64,000 bases of DNA from Torpedo marmorata (Eukaryota). The translations under genes were made by a program, and so were the position numbers. The notes under the pieces were generated by a model. It did not search any database, had not been told where the DNA came from, and worked only from the letters and a program-made list of their open reading frames with translations. The stretch is from positions 38,626,001-38,690,000 of the forward strand of contig OZ360230.1 in assembly GCA_977017645.1 (NCBI GenBank), read 5' to 3'. Of this stretch, positions 23,891 to 37,010 are shown piece by piece (position 1 is the stretch's first letter; each line of letters begins with the position of its first letter).

Positions 23891-25258
23891 ATGGTTATGT
23901 CCACTAGTTCTAGTAGTGTGCAGATGACACTTGCATTTGCACATGCTCAGAGGCTGAGCTCCAAGTCCCTGAAGCATACTCACTATCTGCAAGACAACAT
24001 CCTTGACTAACCTGCTCGCATGCACCATCATCTCCTCCAACAATGAAAGTCTGAAGCAAGACCCTAGAAGATATGAACCACTTCCTACATTTCAGGAGCC
24101 ATCTCTTTGGGAAGGACGACATAGATGATGAATTTCTTCACCAACTTCAAAGCACCATTACAACTTTTGTTTGACTGAGGAAAAGGATTTTTTGAAAAAC
24201 AAGCATAAAACTCGGTCCACTGGGCAGTGGTGATCTCTGCCCTTCCATATGCTCTGAAACCTGGACTACTTAGAGCAGGGAGCTTGGAGCACTGTGAAAA
24301 TATCTTCCGTGCTGTGTCTCAAAATCCTCCAGCTTCATGGGAAGGTTGAATGAACCATCTTCCGTGTCCTATCTCAGGTCGACAATCCCAAAGCCTGATT
24401 GACTCTCAGTTGACTTGCCACATCTTCCACAAAATCCTAGACTGCCAAAACAGATAGTCTATTCTGAGACTGTTTTGGGAAGGGATTACCAAATTGGCAG
24501 AGAAAAAGACTCTACGATGTGTTCAGAGCCTGTTATAAGAATTGCAACATCCCACTGACTCTTGGGAATCTCTGAGCCATGATGGCTCAAAGCAGAGAAG
24601 GGGGTTTTAGGATATTACGAATCCACAGTCCATGAATTGGGAGTGCACAGAAGCTCCGTGTAGGCGGCAGAAGGACCACACCCCTCGGAAACCACACATC
24701 TACTCACCCCTTGTAGAGGTATATAAAATCATGAGGGGCATATATAAGGCAAGTAGTATCATAGGCTTTTTTATTCCCAGGGTAGGAAGTCTAAAACTAG
24801 AGAGCAGAGATTTAAGGCGGGAGGGGTAAGATTTAAGAGACCTGAGGGGCAGTAGGTACGTATATATAACGAGCTGCCAGAGAAGTGGTAGAGATGGGTA
24901 CAATTGCAATGTTTGAGAGACATTTACACAGGTATGTGGATAAGAAAGGTATAAAGCAGAAAAAAAGTTTCCAAAATCCCAGGGACAGCATCTGAAGAAG
25001 ATGACCTCAAAAGGGTTGGATCACAAGAGTTAAAAAGTGATGCACCAGATTATTGTATCGCCTTGGTCTGATCTTGTTTGGTTCACAGATTTGTCTGTGG
25101 TTCTGAAAGAGAAACACTGGAGTTTCATCAGAATAGTACAATCTCTTTAAAGGGCTAAAGGGTGCTCTGTTCATCTTCATAAAGTAATGAAGGAATTCAA
25201 CAAGACATGGAGAAAATATTTCCTATGTTAGGGAATAAAGTGGACTGAATCCTAAATT

Positions 25259-25458
25259 TACAAATACACTAAATTGCTGGAGAAACTCATCAGGTCCCGC
25301 AGCGTCCATTGGACATTATACCTTGACAAAAGGCTCAGGTTCAAAACGTTGGTCACATATCTTTGCCTCCTATGGACGCTGCGGGACCTGCTGAGTTTCT
25401 CTGGCAATTTTGTGTACTTACTACAATCACAGCGTCTGAAGACTTTTGTGTTTCGCAT
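25259..25458. mobile_element. Short fold-back PLE 3'-end insertion inside a decayed CR1
   Basis: Short left arm and long right arm (~39 nt extra); 11-bp TSD aatcctaaatt (25248-25258, 25459-25469). Confidence 0.85.
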
Positions 25459-27213
25459 AATCCTAAATTAGGGTTATTTCTATGAAGAATAGCATAGAAC
25501 TCAGATTCATGCCCCCAAAAGGCTAAGAATGTTGGGTTCAATAACATTTTTGAGGTTGAGATTCACACGTATTTGTTGCTTGACAAGGTTATCAAAGAAT
25601 TATGCCACATCGGTTATATCACTATAGTTCACCATGCATTAGTTATACTGTAGACTGTTTTGGAGAATGGTTTGTAATTAGAGTTCCTTTCACCATGGCC
25701 GTAGTTTGTTGTAATGTTAGATTTGCAAACACAATTCATAAAAACAGCCTGAAGTGGTAGCACTTCCACCACTAAAGTTCTCCAATCAGCCACTGTTTAA
25801 AATTAGAGCTGCCCATTTAACTCATCACTGTTTGTAGACCTTGCCCTTCACCTTTTTTGCTGCTTTGTTTATCACAATCCAAAAGGGACACTCACTTCAA
25901 AAGTTCTTAATTAGCTGCGAAACATATTGGGATAACCTAATGTCGTGAAAATCATTCTGCAGGTGCAAACATTCTCTTAACAATACTTGGATATGTCTTG
26001 AGAGGTTTCAAAATGCTGTGTGAATTTGCAAGGGTTCAGAATAAACAGAGATTACAAGATTTAGTGAATTAAGTGTGGAAAATGTTGGTTTTTAGGTCTT
26101 TCTTAGTCAATAAACAGCACAGATTTCAAAGGAAGTAATACGATTCCTAAAAGTTGGAGCAGGGCTACTTAACATTTATATGTATGATTTTGTAACTTCA
26201 GGATTCTTAAGATTAACACCAGTTGCCATCTCTTGTGCTTTAATCGTTTCTGTGGTTGTAAATCTATGCTGAGGCTACTTGGTTCGAAAGGCTGCATACT
26301 GCCACATGTTTATAGAATGGAGTATACTTATCTGGCTTGACAGCTCTAGATTATCAGTCAATACCAATATTAAATTCTAGGCAATTTAGCAAAGAGATTG
26401 GATGATTGCATTTTGATATGCCAAACACAAAGAGGGGTACAGAAGGTTTTGCAATGAGATAAGTAAAATGCAGTCAGTAGTTTGCTAATGCCATTATTTT
26501 CTAGTGAAAGAGGAGCCACATCATCAAAGCTTGAGATATCAACATAAACTCTGATTGCCCTTATGTACTGCCAAGGATTAATACTGTTGTTCTTCTCTAG
26601 CCATTAAATCTCCATGAACATTATATTATTGTACTACTATTTGATTGCAATATATTGGCGTGTTATTTCTTTATTTTCCTCAGCTGACTAAAATTAGAAT
26701 GCTTTTCCTGCATTGTTTACAATCATTGACGATTATTTCTTTTATCTGTCTGAGGTGTGTGTGTTATTATAAAGGTTATTTGGATTCATGTTATAACTAA
26801 GCTCACTCTAAAGATGTATGCTTCCTTACAATTGCTGATTCTTGAGTTCGCCCTAATTAATGGTCTTGTCACTGCATGCAAAAGGTCAGCTAAAGTGTGA
26901 AAACTTCTGTTCCTTAGCAACACAATCCTTGCCAGAATGCCAGGATGCCAAAGCAAAGTTGCAACAATGCCAAGACAGTGATTAGCTAAGGTTGCCCCAA
27001 TGCTCAGTTCTGCAGCATTTTGCCACAGAACTGCGCTGCAGTAAAGTATATAATTTTCACTGAGGGTTTTCCTATTTCCAAAAAATATGTGGCAAAGGCG
27101 AGATCCGCTGAGATTGCAATGAGATAGGAAAGTTATGCAACATGATTTTGCAATTAACATTACCAATAAATTTTATGTAACATAAAGCTTACTTTTAACA
27201 TACAAAGAACATT

Positions 27214-28085
27214 TCCTTAATCGGAAAAGCAGCGGAAATGGCGGCGCTGCCGGAGCCGCTGAAGCGACAGCGCTGCCACTGGTGCGGACCCGCGGGGAGC
27301 AAGGGAGCAGAGATGGAGCACTCCCGCGGGGTCCAGCCGCCCAGTCGACTGCCGTTGGCTCCGCACGGGCTTTGAACGGCCCGTTGAGGGAGCTGACGGT
27401 GGTTTTGTTTGAGATCCCACGACCACGGGGTCAGCGCCCAAGATGGCAGTGCCTATTAATCGGCAGCAGCCACGAGGGGCTGCAGACTCCGGGGAAGCGG
27501 AGGACTGGAGCAGGGCACCAGAGGACGGGAAGATCATCCCCGTCTGAGAAGGAGAAGCGGAGGAGATGACCCGCGGGGCGGTGACCACGGCGATGGACCA
27601 GTGAGGGGCTCTGAGGCTGAAGGACCAGTGCATGCGGCAGGCTGCTGGCGACTCGAGGCGAGGAACCCGCGGAGGCTGTGGGCTGCTTGAGACTGCTGTC
27701 GGGAGACTCGCGCCAGGCTGCAGACTGCTGGAGACTGGCTCGAACTGGCTGGAGGAGTACCAGGTACCGGAACCGGGATGCGAGGGGGTGCCGAGGGCGC
27801 CGAAGGGTTCTTGACCGTGTCGGAGATTCGGATCTGGAGCTCGGGTTGCCGATGGTTTGGACTGGACTCTGTGTGGCTGCGGAAGTGCTGGAAGCGAATC
27901 TACGGACACTCGGTGACTCTGGGGGACTCTCTTTTGCTTCTCTTTCTCTGACTGTAAGGAATGTTAGAGGCGCTTAGGCAATTTCTGCCGGTGGCGAATC
28001 TGTCTGCCTTGCAGCAGGCAAAAAGAAATTTCATGTAATATGACACTGTCTTATTACTATGACAATAAATTGAATCTTGAATTTT
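27214..28085 (+). mobile_element. GC/CpG-rich non-autonomous retroelement with LINE-type tail
   Basis: Very GC-rich body with many intact CpGs; 3' end ...tgacaataaattgaatcttgaattttgaa; 7-bp TSD gaacatt (27207-27213, 28086-28092) within a CR1 tail. Confidence 0.7.
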
Positions 28086-29090
28086 GAACATTACAGCACA
28101 GTGCAGGCCCTTCGGTCCACTGTGTTGTGCCATCCTATATAAACCTACTCAATAAACTAATCCTTCCCTATCTCACACCAATAACCCTCTATTTTTCTTG
28201 CATCCATGTGACTGTCTAAGAGTCTTTTAAATGTCCCCATTGTACCAGCCACCACCACCACCCCTGACAATGCATTCCAGGCACTCACTACTCCCTGTTT
28301 AAAAAAACTTACCCGTGACGTCTCTCCTAAACTTACCTCCCTTCACCTTATACAGATATACTCTGGTGTTTGTTACTCTTGACCTGGGAGAAAGGTTCTG
28401 ACTGTCCACTCTCTCTCTGCCTCTCATAATCTTGTAGACCTCTATTAAGTCACTTCTCATCCTTCTTCGCTCCAGAGAAAAGCCTTAGCTCTGTTAACCT
28501 TGACACCTTCTGCAATCAAGGCAACATACTGGTAAATGTCCTCTGCACCCACTCCTTAGCTTCCACATCCTTCCTTTAATCAGGTGACTAGAATTGAACA
28601 CAATATTCCAAGTGTTGTCTAACCAGAATTTTATAGAGCTGCAACATTATCTCATGACTCTTGAACTCAATCCCCCAACTAATGAAGGCTAGCATACCAC
28701 AAGCCTTCTTAACTACCCTATCAACTTGTGTGGCAACCTTGAGAGATTTTTAGATTTAGAACCCAAGGTACCTCTGTTCTTCCACACTGTTAAGAATCCT
28801 GCCATTAACCGTGTACTCTGCCTTCAAGTTTGACCTTCCCAAATGCATCACTTCACATTTATCCGGATCAAACTCCATCTGCCATTTTTCTGCCCAACTC
28901 TGCATCCTGTCTATATCCTATTGTAACCTACGATAACCTTCTACACTATCCACAACATCTCCAGCCTTCGTGTCATCTGTAAACTTACTGACCCATCCCT
29001 CTACTTCTTCGTCCAGGTCATTTATGAAAATCACAAAGAGCAGGGTTCCCAAAACAGATCCTTGCGGATGGAACTCCACTCATCACTGAA
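28086..29090 (-). mobile_element. CR1-clade LINE, 5'-truncated
   Basis: Colinear with 15326-16325 along its length. Confidence 0.88.
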
Positions 29091-29268
29091 ATTTTCCTTT
29101 GGTGATATTAACAACATATTGTTACAGTATTTAAAGGCAAAGCAGAATTTCATCTCTAATTCTTTTTGCAAATGCAGAAATTAATTGTATGCAAAAACAT
29201 CCCACTTCATAACATGTAAAATATCTCAGGATGTTTCAATGGGAAGTTATTAAAAGAAGTTTGACAGA

Positions 29269-29269
<1 letters not shown>

Positions 29270-29311
<42 letters not shown>
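29270..29311. repeat. (TG)n microsatellite
   Basis: About 21 TG units. Confidence 0.95.
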
Positions 29312-29314
<3 letters not shown>

Positions 29315-29339
29315 GTGTAAACTCGGGTACATTCCTAGA

Positions 29340-29600
29340 TCCCACATGGTAGCATGGCGGTTAGCGTAACGCTATTACTGCACCAACAACGAGTGTTTGA
29401 ATGTGGTGCTGTCTGTAAGGAGGTGGAATGTTCTCCCTGTGACCTGCATGGGTTTTCTCCAGGTTCTCTGCATTCCTCCCTCCCTCCATAAACTTAAGTT
29501 AATTGGTGTAATTGGGTACGTTAATTGGTGTAATAGGGCGGCATTGGTATCAATGGTCGGAATTGGCTTCTACCGTGTTGCAAATAAATTTAAATTTAAA
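29340..29600 (+). mobile_element. Degenerate V-SINE
   Basis: ggcggttagcgtaacgctatta...gttctccctgtgacctgcatgggttttctcc...(tttaaa) tail. Confidence 0.7.
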
Positions 29601-29669
29601 CCTATAATTATTTTGCAAGGTTGGAGATTTCTCTATAATATATTTGTAGCATTATAAAAGTGTTATACA

Positions 29670-30815
29670 GACCATTGAATAATACAGCACAGGTAAAGGT
29701 CATTTGGCGAACTCTGTCTGATCTGACCATGGTGCCAAGTTAAACTGCATATTTGCCTGTGTTTGGTCTATATCCCTTCATTCACTGACTGTCCAAATAC
29801 CCCTTAAACATTTTTACTTCTACTACTGCCCCTGAAAATCACCTTCAGGCAACTTCTGCTCTCTGTTTAAAAGAGTTGCCTCATAAATCTCCTTTCAACT
29901 TTTTCCCTTTCTCCTTAAATATATATCCTCTGGTATTTAATATTTTCACCCTGGGGTATAAGACACTGACTATCTCCTTAGCAATGCCTCTCATAATTTT
30001 ATTTATCTATCAGGATGCTCCTCAGTCTCCAATGATCCAGAGAGAACAATCTAAGTTTGTCCAACTTTTCCTTACTGCCAAATATCTTTATTTCCTGGTG
30101 AACCTCTTCTCCCCTCTCTCCACAGCCTTCCTGTAAATTGGCAACCAGAACTGAACATAATACTCCAATTGTGGCCTGACTAAAGTTTTAAACAGCTGCA
30201 ACACAACTTCCTTACTTTTATATTCAGTGCCCTAACTGATGAAGGCAAGCATGCCATACACCTTCTTTACCACCCTATCTAATTGTGTTGTCATTTATAC
30301 TCTTACATTTGACCTCCCAAAGTGTCACCTCACACTTGTCTAGATTAAACTCAATCTGCCATTTCTCTGCTCATATTCACAACTGGTCTATATCCTGCTA
30401 TGTCATTTGACAACCTTCCTCCCTATCAACAACTCTGCCAATTTTTATCATGTTTGCAAACATACATATAGGCCCACCAACATTTTCGACCAAATCATTT
30501 AATGATAATCCAAACAACAGAGACCCCAGCGTCAATCCCTATGGAACATCACTGGTCACAGGCATCTATTCAAGATGACACCCCTCCACAATTACCATCG
30601 GCCTGCTATGGCCAATTCAATTTTGAATCCAAACTGCCAAGTCACCATGGATCCCATGTGCCTTCATTTTTTGAATCAACCTACCATAAGGGACCTCGTT
30701 GAATGCTTTACTATCGACCACGTTTATAACATCCACTATCCTACCCTCATCAAGCATCTTCATCACCTCCTCAATCAAGGTTGTAAGACTCAGCCTCCTC
30801 TGCATAAAGCCAAAC
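29670..30815 (-). mobile_element. Degenerate CR1 LINE
   Basis: SKAFNEVPYGRLIQKMKAHGIHGDLAVWIQN. Confidence 0.8.
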
Positions 30816-31785
30816 TGTAGAAGGACTGAGTCCAATCTGATTCAAATCACTCAAAATATTCCAGTCAGTTTGTTGATCATGTTTTTGATTGAAAACTGAC
30901 ATCTCCTTTCACTTAATTGTGCTGTGATTTTCATCTGATCCTCAGGAGACTCACTTAATGTTTTTGGATATATTGGAATCAGTGCAATCACACAGTTAAG
31001 AGGAGAACTGTTGGATAACTATACACTTATCACTTCTTTATGTTTTATTCAGACAAGTTTCTAAGTTTACAGTTTTCTTAAAATTCATCCTTACAAAACT
31101 TCCTGACATATAGAAACATTAAATCCATTTATTCTGTACAGACTTTTTACCAGCATGCAGAACTAACTAAAGAACACCAGTAGAACACTGTTTTATTTTT
31201 ATTTCAAGATTATTTGGATTTTTATCTTGCTCCTCCCTCTATAACTTTTCCACTATACCCTCTTTTAGAATAAATACCTTTTCTTTACCAAGAGTCTCAA
31301 TGAATGGCTTGATGCAAGAAAATACCATTGGTGCTTTTGAAGGATCCCACTAGAGGATGATAGAAGATAGACAGCAGCAACTGCAGCAGTGCTCACAGTG
31401 TAGCTGTTTTCTGAACCCCAGACTTCAAAAGGGAGTGGAAGCCAGCTGCACTTCATGCTCCGTATTGTAATCCAACAATTTCTACTGACTGTTTAGGATA
31501 AGGAAGCTAGCAAAGACCTTAGGGTAAAATATTAAGTCATATGTCCAGTAAAACGAGCATTTGGATAGGTTTCAGGGAACTATAAAGCCCATCCAATTAC
31601 ACCCTGTCATTAGACAAAGCTTTCACAGCAAATGAATAAATTAAACTGCAGCTACTGCTCCGTATCAGTTCAATCATGGCTGGAGAAATGCAAAGCTGCA
31701 TTCTGATTTTGTACTAAAGTGAATAATCTTAATCTCTGTGCAAGGTGTTGCTTCACTTTGCTTCAGATTGCATCATATAGAATTA

Positions 31786-31905
31786 GAAAATCAAAAATCT
31801 GCAGACGCTAAAGGTGTTTAACCTGAAACGTTAACTCCGTTTCTCTTTTCACGGAGGCTGTCTGGCCTGATGAGTGTTTCCAGCAATTTCTGTTCATTCT
31901 GGTTG
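31786..31905 (+). mobile_element. Degenerate PLE-type 3' terminus
   Basis: cctgaaacgttaactc...ctggcctgatgagtgtttccagcaatt with a short inverted piece aaatctgcagacgct. Confidence 0.5.
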
Positions 31906-33299
31906 CAAATTTATAGCATATTATTGTCCTCCACATCAGGTAGCAGTATATAAACTGTCATCCTTACATGTGTTCTCATAGAATGGAGATCTTCAAGCTT
32001 GCAAATAATTAAGTGCGATATTCAGGAATACACAAGAACACAAGAAATAGCAGCAGGAATAAACTACCTGGACCCTCAAGCCTCCTCTGCCATTCTATTT
32101 AATCATGACTGATCAATCCCAGCTCTGAGTTCATATGTATGCATATTTTTGACAAATTTAGTTTGACAATGCTCCAGTGTAACATTTTGGGACTTTTAAC
32201 TCTGTTGGAAGGTGTGATATTAATGCATTTTGATGTACATTATTTTGCTTTCAAACAGAGATTGATTGCTGCAGTATAGCTAGAGATTGAGAAAATCAGA
32301 GCAATAAGAACAGCTAGTTTGAATAGATTGTTTAATTGCGCATTTTTTATTATTTCAAATTAAATCTTGGGGCACTTATGATATTATTAGGGGAAATCTG
32401 TCTTTGAGGAGTTACCTTGAGCAATGTGGGATGTTAATTCAAACTCATTGGAAATGCAAGAGCTAACTCACGAGTTTCCTTTCAATTACATATTAATCAC
32501 TTCCATTGCACAACAAGTTTCTATCATCCTTCACATTTGATTTTTACAAACTGCTTGTCTGATCATGCACTCTTGAATAATGACGACTTCTGCAGAGTCT
32601 CAAAGTGGAGAGACAGTGACCACCATGGTCTCAAGTGAATCATCATACACTGCACTTTTGGCATCCTCAGTTCAGTGAACAATTGGATAAGAAAAACACA
32701 GGAGGCCATGAGAATGGTGGTGAAAATAAGCTCTTGGTGGGCACAAACATGAACAGTAAAATCTTGTGGTGACTTGGCATCCAATCTTTTTAAGCCCTCA
32801 GTTCTGTTGCATCCAGGTAACACCCATTTCATTCTGTAACGTACTTCACTGCATTTACAAATCAGTGATGAAAGTAGAGTGTGCTCTCATCAGAGGCTTT
32901 TTCAGTTTTCAATATAGTTATTCCCTTCTTTCTGAATTAAGATGATGTTTGGAAATTATTTTGCAGTTGGATGGGAAGGTTTGGCAGGTAGGGGAGGTGA
33001 AACATTTCTGCTCTCTCCTCAATGAACTATTTCTTCCATAACATCCACAAGTGATTTGCATGGACTGTGGACTATAAAGGAAGATACCTGCATGCTGGTC
33101 TTCTCCTTGAATGCAACCTTAGCCCAGGTGCCAACTTCTTTCCCACTTTCCCCAGCTCCAATTTCTCCTCTGTTGCAGGAGAACAATCTGCAGAATACGG
33201 ATTATGTAAAGGCTGGAAAGCAAAACCTCTCCCAGCCTGACACTCTTATTGGGACTTTACTGAACTGTTTACCAATTACACGTTTGGGATATTAGAGTT

Positions 33300-34125
33300 A
33301 CAGATTCATAGAGTTATACAGCAGGGAAACAGACCCTCATGCCCAGATCCTCCAGCCGACTAAGGTGTCTACTTAAGCTCATCCCATTTGCCTGCATTTA
33401 GCCCATATCCCTCTAAACCAGCCATTCTCAATCTTTTATTTTGGCTATGCCCCCCCCCCCCCCCACCTTAGGACTCTGCTCAAAATTTATGGGCTCCCTT
33501 TCCAGAGAAGCAGTCAAGTTTAGTTGGTTTCTTCTATACTTCTCTCCTGCTGACTACATAAAAAACAAAAAATGTTGTGTGATTTCAGTCCGTGCCCCCC
33601 TCCTTAAATGTGCTGTGGCCACCATGGTGGGGGGGGGGGGCATCTGGCCTCCGTTGAGAATGGCTGCTCTAAACCCTTTGTATCCACGTACCTGTCCAAA
33701 GGTATTTTATGCCTTGTAATTGTATATGCCTCTACCATATTTTCTGGCAGCTCATTCCATATGCCCACCACCCTATATGTGAAAAAGTTGCCTCTCAGAT
33801 CCCCTTTCAGTTTTTCCCCTCACTCCTTAAACCTGTGCCTTTAGTTTCAGACACTGCAACCTAGGGAAAAAGACTGTGACCATCCCCTATATCAATCCCC
33901 CAGATGATTTTATACATCTCTATAAGGTCATCCCTCAGCCTCCTTCACTTCATGGAAAACAGTCCCAGCCTATCGAGGCTCTTATGATAACTCAAGCCCT
34001 CCAGTGCCGGCAACATCCTATGAATCTTTTCTGTTCCCTCTTTGGCTTAATCGCATCCTCCCTGCAGCGTGGGAGCCAGAACTGCACACAATACCAAGTG
34101 CAGTCTCACCAATGCCTTGTGCAAC
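33300..34125 (-). mobile_element. CR1 3' portion (host of hAT MITE)
   Basis: CR1 3' consensus on both sides of the MITE. Confidence 0.75.
33419..33666. mobile_element. hAT (Charlie-like) MITE
   Basis: 13-bp TIRs CAGCCATTCTCAA / TTGAGAATGGCTG; perfect 8-bp TSD ctctaaac (33411-33418, 33667-33674); internal poly-C and poly-G runs. Confidence 0.9.
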
Positions 34126-35829
34126 TGCTTCATTTAATGATCATATCTCAACATTGTGGACATTCAGATATGAGGAAAGGAACTACTTCCTGCTTTTATA
34201 ATTTATGCTTGCAATTTAAACCTCTTTTATGCACTGGTCAAATGATGGGTCTTAATGTACATGTCAGCATTTCTGGGACTACTAGCAAAGAATCCTCACT
34301 TTAGGCAGGCACCTTTTCTGCTAATGGGCTCTTCTACTGGTGTTTAGCAGGTATTTTAGAATGTGTGCTACTTTGGTCTATCCAATTTACTCCCCAAATT
34401 TCAATTGGCCATGCTGGATTGGCAAGAACTCGGAATTTTGGACATCCTCCCTTTATGAGGTGAATTGATGAATTGTTATCTGTCCCTCGATAATCTTTAG
34501 TCCCGAACAGATGGATGGAATTTATCATCAACATTGGCTGCATCCCCTTTAGTTTACAAAAATATATAAGGACAAATACTTTGCTGTAAAATTTTTATGA
34601 TCCTGATCAGAATGCATGTACGTCTTAATTTATATATATTGAATTTATGAATATTTTGTTGCAATTTATTGATATTTTTGGGTGGACACGTCTTCAATTT
34701 ACAAATCTAGACTTCTCTTTAATGAATAGTGCAATGCTCTCTACCCTTAGGAATTAATCGTATCAGAACATCCATGATGCATTCAGTCTATTATTAGGAA
34801 TTTATGAAATGTTGTTTAACAAATCGTGTTCCAATAACTCACTCCATTCGTGAGTCAAGCAATGGCTGTACTGAATTACATATTTCTCTTTCTATTTCTG
34901 TCTCAAATTATTCCATTATTCTTCGTCTTTTTTTTCTGTGCACTCTTTCACTTTCTGCATCTGAACGTTCCAACCATAATTCACTCTCTTTCGCCTTTAT
35001 CCTGAATGATCGGCATTTCAGGTATGGCATTGTTCCACCAATTCCAGTGTTACTCTCATACAAGAGATAATTCTCCAGTGTGTGCACATACAGTGTAAAT
35101 ACATGATCCATGGGAGCAAATCTGCTGGTGAAGAGAGGCAATACAGATTTCTCCTTATTTAATGCTGGTACCCAGCATTTCTGTCCCTGATCATTGGTGC
35201 CCGAGGTTGCAATTCTCCATGCTTTAGTCTCCATATGTAGAGTTCAAAAATAATAGCCTATTGCCCCAGCATGGATATTGAACTTCCTATAATCCGTATG
35301 AATTAGACACTTATGGGATATACTCCTCTTGCCATTGGCACATTTTCCTTTTACTCCCCGTCTTCAATCTTCTCTGTGTTGTCTCTCACTCTTTCATTTA
35401 CATGAGTTCTTCTGCACAACCCAACCCTCCCTAACATAATCGCTAACTCAATTCCACCTATTATAGTCAGCAGCTCAGGTTCCCCTCACCACCTTCTGTC
35501 AAACCTTATCAGCAATCAATTGTCATCTACTGAAAAATCACCTGCAATGATTAGAAACCCCAGCCACACCTGTTGTGACCAACACTGAAAATAATGACCA
35601 TCCCATCTTGAATTATGAAGGATTATTCAGGTTTCTTAATGCATGGTGTGAAAGTAAACTAAAATTGAGTCTCCCCCCCATCCCCCCACATTTGTTTGAT
35701 ATATTGTTCCCTTATTTCCTCCCTCTAATTTTGCTTTGGTGCTTGGTTTATGCTTCTGGGGTACTATTAGGTTGACTTAACAAACATGAGGTTGAATGTT
35801 TCAAGAGATTGTTCCTTCTTCCAAGAAGA

Positions 35830-37010
35830 CAATAAAATAGGCACAGGAGAGGACCACCAAGTTTCTTAAGCCTGCCCCACCACTCAACATAATCATAGCT
35901 GATCTATGGTCACCTCTTCTGTGCTTGTTCCCCATAATCCTCAATTCCACAGTCATTCAAATCTTTATCTATCTCCACCTTAAATATATTTAACGATCTG
36001 ACCATAGGAAAAAGAATCTCAGGGTTGTATATGATGTCATGTATGTACTCTGACAATAAATCTGAACTTTGAACTTTTCACCACCCTAAAAGGGCAGAGA
36101 ATTCTAGAGATTCAGCACTCTCTCTTAAAAGAAATTTCAACGCACTTCGCTTTTAAATGACCGGTTCCTTATTTGTAGTTATGTCCCCTTGTTCATGACT
36201 CTCCCACTAGTGAAAACATCTCAGAATATATCCTATGAAACCACCTTCAGATTTTTGATGCTTGAATAAGTTCACCCCTCATTCTTAGAAATTCTAAGGA
36301 ATACAGACGCAAATTGTCCAGCTACCCTTGAAAGGACAACCCAGGACTCGGACTCTCCTTTGGACTGTTACTAATGCTACTACTGTACAATTTTTTAGAT
36401 AAGAGGATCAAAATAGTATTCCAGGTGTGGCCTCACCAACACCCTATACATCTGTTAGGAAACATCCCTATTCCTAAACTCCAATGCGGTTGCAATAAAG
36501 GCCAACATGCCATTTGGCTTCTTAACTACTTGTTGGAACTGTGTGCTTTCTTTTTGTGATTCATGCACTAGAGTACCTAAACCAATTTGAACCACTCATT
36601 TCCAGCCCCTCTCCATTTAGATAATTATCCAGCTTATGCTTCCTCTTACTGAAGTGCATGATCTCATACATTAAACACGATTTGCCAGGATTTTTCCCAG
36701 TCGATCATTCTTTGTATATCCTGTTGCAGAATCACAATGTCCTCATGACAATGTGCCCTTCCACCTATGTTCATTTCATCAGCAAACTTGCATTTTATTG
36801 CCTCCTCCAGGTCAATAATGTAAATATTAAACAACTGAGGACCAATAACGAATCATTGGGGAACTCCATTTGTTACAGCCCTTCAGCCAAAAAAGGGCCC
36901 ATTTATTTCAACTTTTTGTTTTTTAAGTTACAGCTTTTTTCCAATCCATGTTAACACACTTCCACTAATATTTGGGGCTCTTAATTTATGCACCAGCCTC
37001 TTATGTGGCA
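35830..37010 (-). mobile_element. Old CR1-like LINE with small Rex1-type tail insert (~36000-36077)
   Basis: Degenerate CR1 3' consensus; insert tail tgacaataaatctgaactttgaac also at 19360-19440. Confidence 0.6.

Larger units (their letters stand above)
20390..24700 (+). mobile_element. Old RTE-clade LINE fragmented by nested insertions
   Basis: Degenerate IFKKG..DC.NYRG.SLLS.TGKV (20410-20490), LLPEPQCGF (~20870), VKTG.KQ.C (~21075), ADD.C.CTCSEAELQ (~23920), HFLHFRSHL (~24080). Confidence 0.65.

Noticed and set aside
27217-27909. 230-aa Pro/Ser-rich ORF and overlapping ORFs
   Set aside because: Expected by chance in GC-rich sequence; no domain motifs or splice context; lies inside a TSD-flanked insert.
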